The notes below the pieces were generated by a model that had not been told where the DNA came from, searched no databases, and saw only the letters and a program-made list of their open reading frames with translations. Both the position numbers and the translations under genes were made by a program. Positions 62,766 through 64,000 of a stretch of 64,000 bases of DNA are shown in pieces (position 1 is the stretch's first letter; each line of letters opens with the position of its first letter). The stretch is from NCBI GenBank assembly GCA_015680685.1, contig MNCI01001762.1:89993-153992 (forward strand), in the 5' to 3' direction. This stretch comes from Gnetum montanum. Lineage: Eukaryota; Plantae; Gnetophyta.

Positions 62766-64000
62766 TTTTTATTTATTCATAATGTTATAGATTGATAGCG
62801 ATACTCTTGGGAAATAATTTATATTGTTAATGAACTTTAATTAACTTAGCAAAAACATGTAAGCATTTGCTTAGTATATTAAGAAAAGTTAATTATAACA
62901 TATAACATACATTATTTTTATTGAAACTAAAACTAAATTTTTATTTACATCCACTAAGACCATGTGGATCTACCAAACTAGTTTTAGAATTCATTTGTAC
63001 ATCATAATTTTTTGTACATAACTTAGCTTAGCTGACTAGAATTGAACATGAGACTTGGGTTTTCCAAGCCAAGGCCTTAAGACATATAGGCAACATGATA
63101 CTTGAGAAGAATTATAGATGAATATAATGATGCCTCTTAAGTGCAACTCAAACTAAAAACCTCTTACTTAAGAAAACACTAATCTTTAATAACCTCTTGC
63201 TTAATAAGACATTGAGCTAACTACTTGAACCACCTATTGATCAATAAACTTTAAACTAATCTTTAACTATGAACAATTTTAATTAGTCTTAACATGAACT
63301 AATAAGCATTATGAAGGAGATCAAGGATAACCAAAGTTAAATATAGGAAAATATATTAGTTAACTTTCAATTCTCTAAAAATATAAGATGTAAATTCTTA
63401 TTTCAAAGGGATGAGTTTTCCGAACAACCACCAACCTTGGTAGTATATTTTGGATGTCTTGGTTCTCCATTTTGGCTATGGAAAAGATGGCCTTTTGTTG
63501 GCAAAGAATTTTAAGTTGCTACTCTAGTTTTCTTGACATTCAAACTACATTTTCATATATCGATCATATCACCCCTAAGTTTCCTAGATTCTTTTTATGC
63601 TGATAAGAATACATTGAAGTTAAAGCAACTTATAAAGCTTCCAATTACTTGTATTCCGTCAAGTTTGACAGTCCAAAAAAATCAAGGTGAAGGAATATCA
63701 TAATAGTTGTGGTTGCTATCCTTACTATGGTTGCAATAATGAATAGTCAAAGAAATAGTCTTAGCATTAATCAAATTCTAGGAATACTCTCTATGTATAC
63801 TTTAATTTATATAAAAATATAATATTTAAAAATATGATTCTTCTTTGTTTACAGATTGTTTGCCTTTTCTATTTGGAAAAGAATTTCTTGCAACCTAACC
63901 ATGTTATGTAGCAGATATGATTAGTTAACCTAAACCTCCATGATTACAATGTTTTTCTTTTAGGATACAATGTTAGCTACCCTCTAGCACCTATAACCCA

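Noticed and set aside
63380-64000. Host gene exons at the window end
   Set aside because: An acceptor-like TTTACAG is present near 63854, but the frames are short and closed with no recognisable protein.

Overview
AT-rich, strongly CpG/CHG-depleted eukaryotic DNA, almost certainly a large land-plant genome (a non-flowering vascular plant is my inference). It is a nest of old, pseudogenised Ty3/Gypsy LTR retrotransposons: about five Athila-like copies or fragments, two CRM-like chromoviruses, one complete 10.1-kb Tekay/Del chromovirus (18611-28719, minus strand, both LTRs, PBS, PPT, near-perfect TSD) and Tat/Ogre-like pieces. There is also an RTE-LINE 3' end and a small SINE with a TSD. I found no intact host gene, and the ORF-track entries are fragments of decayed TE frames or chance ORFs. 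The main result is not visible in the ORF track: two different Gypsy lineages each carry a multi-intron gene antisense to gag/pol. One has 5 exons and about 632 aa (25830-28034, between the Tekay PBS and gag). The other has 7 exons and about 1020 aa (51306-54990, downstream of a Tat/Ogre gag-protease). Both encode a similar PMD-like / plant-transposon-protein-like domain followed by a low-complexity linker and coiled coil, and both lie near short GGCC-rich tandem arrays. The Tekay leader also holds a 5S rRNA internal-control-region fragment and a tRNA-type B box. All translations and alignments were done by eye, so boundaries of decayed features are approximate.
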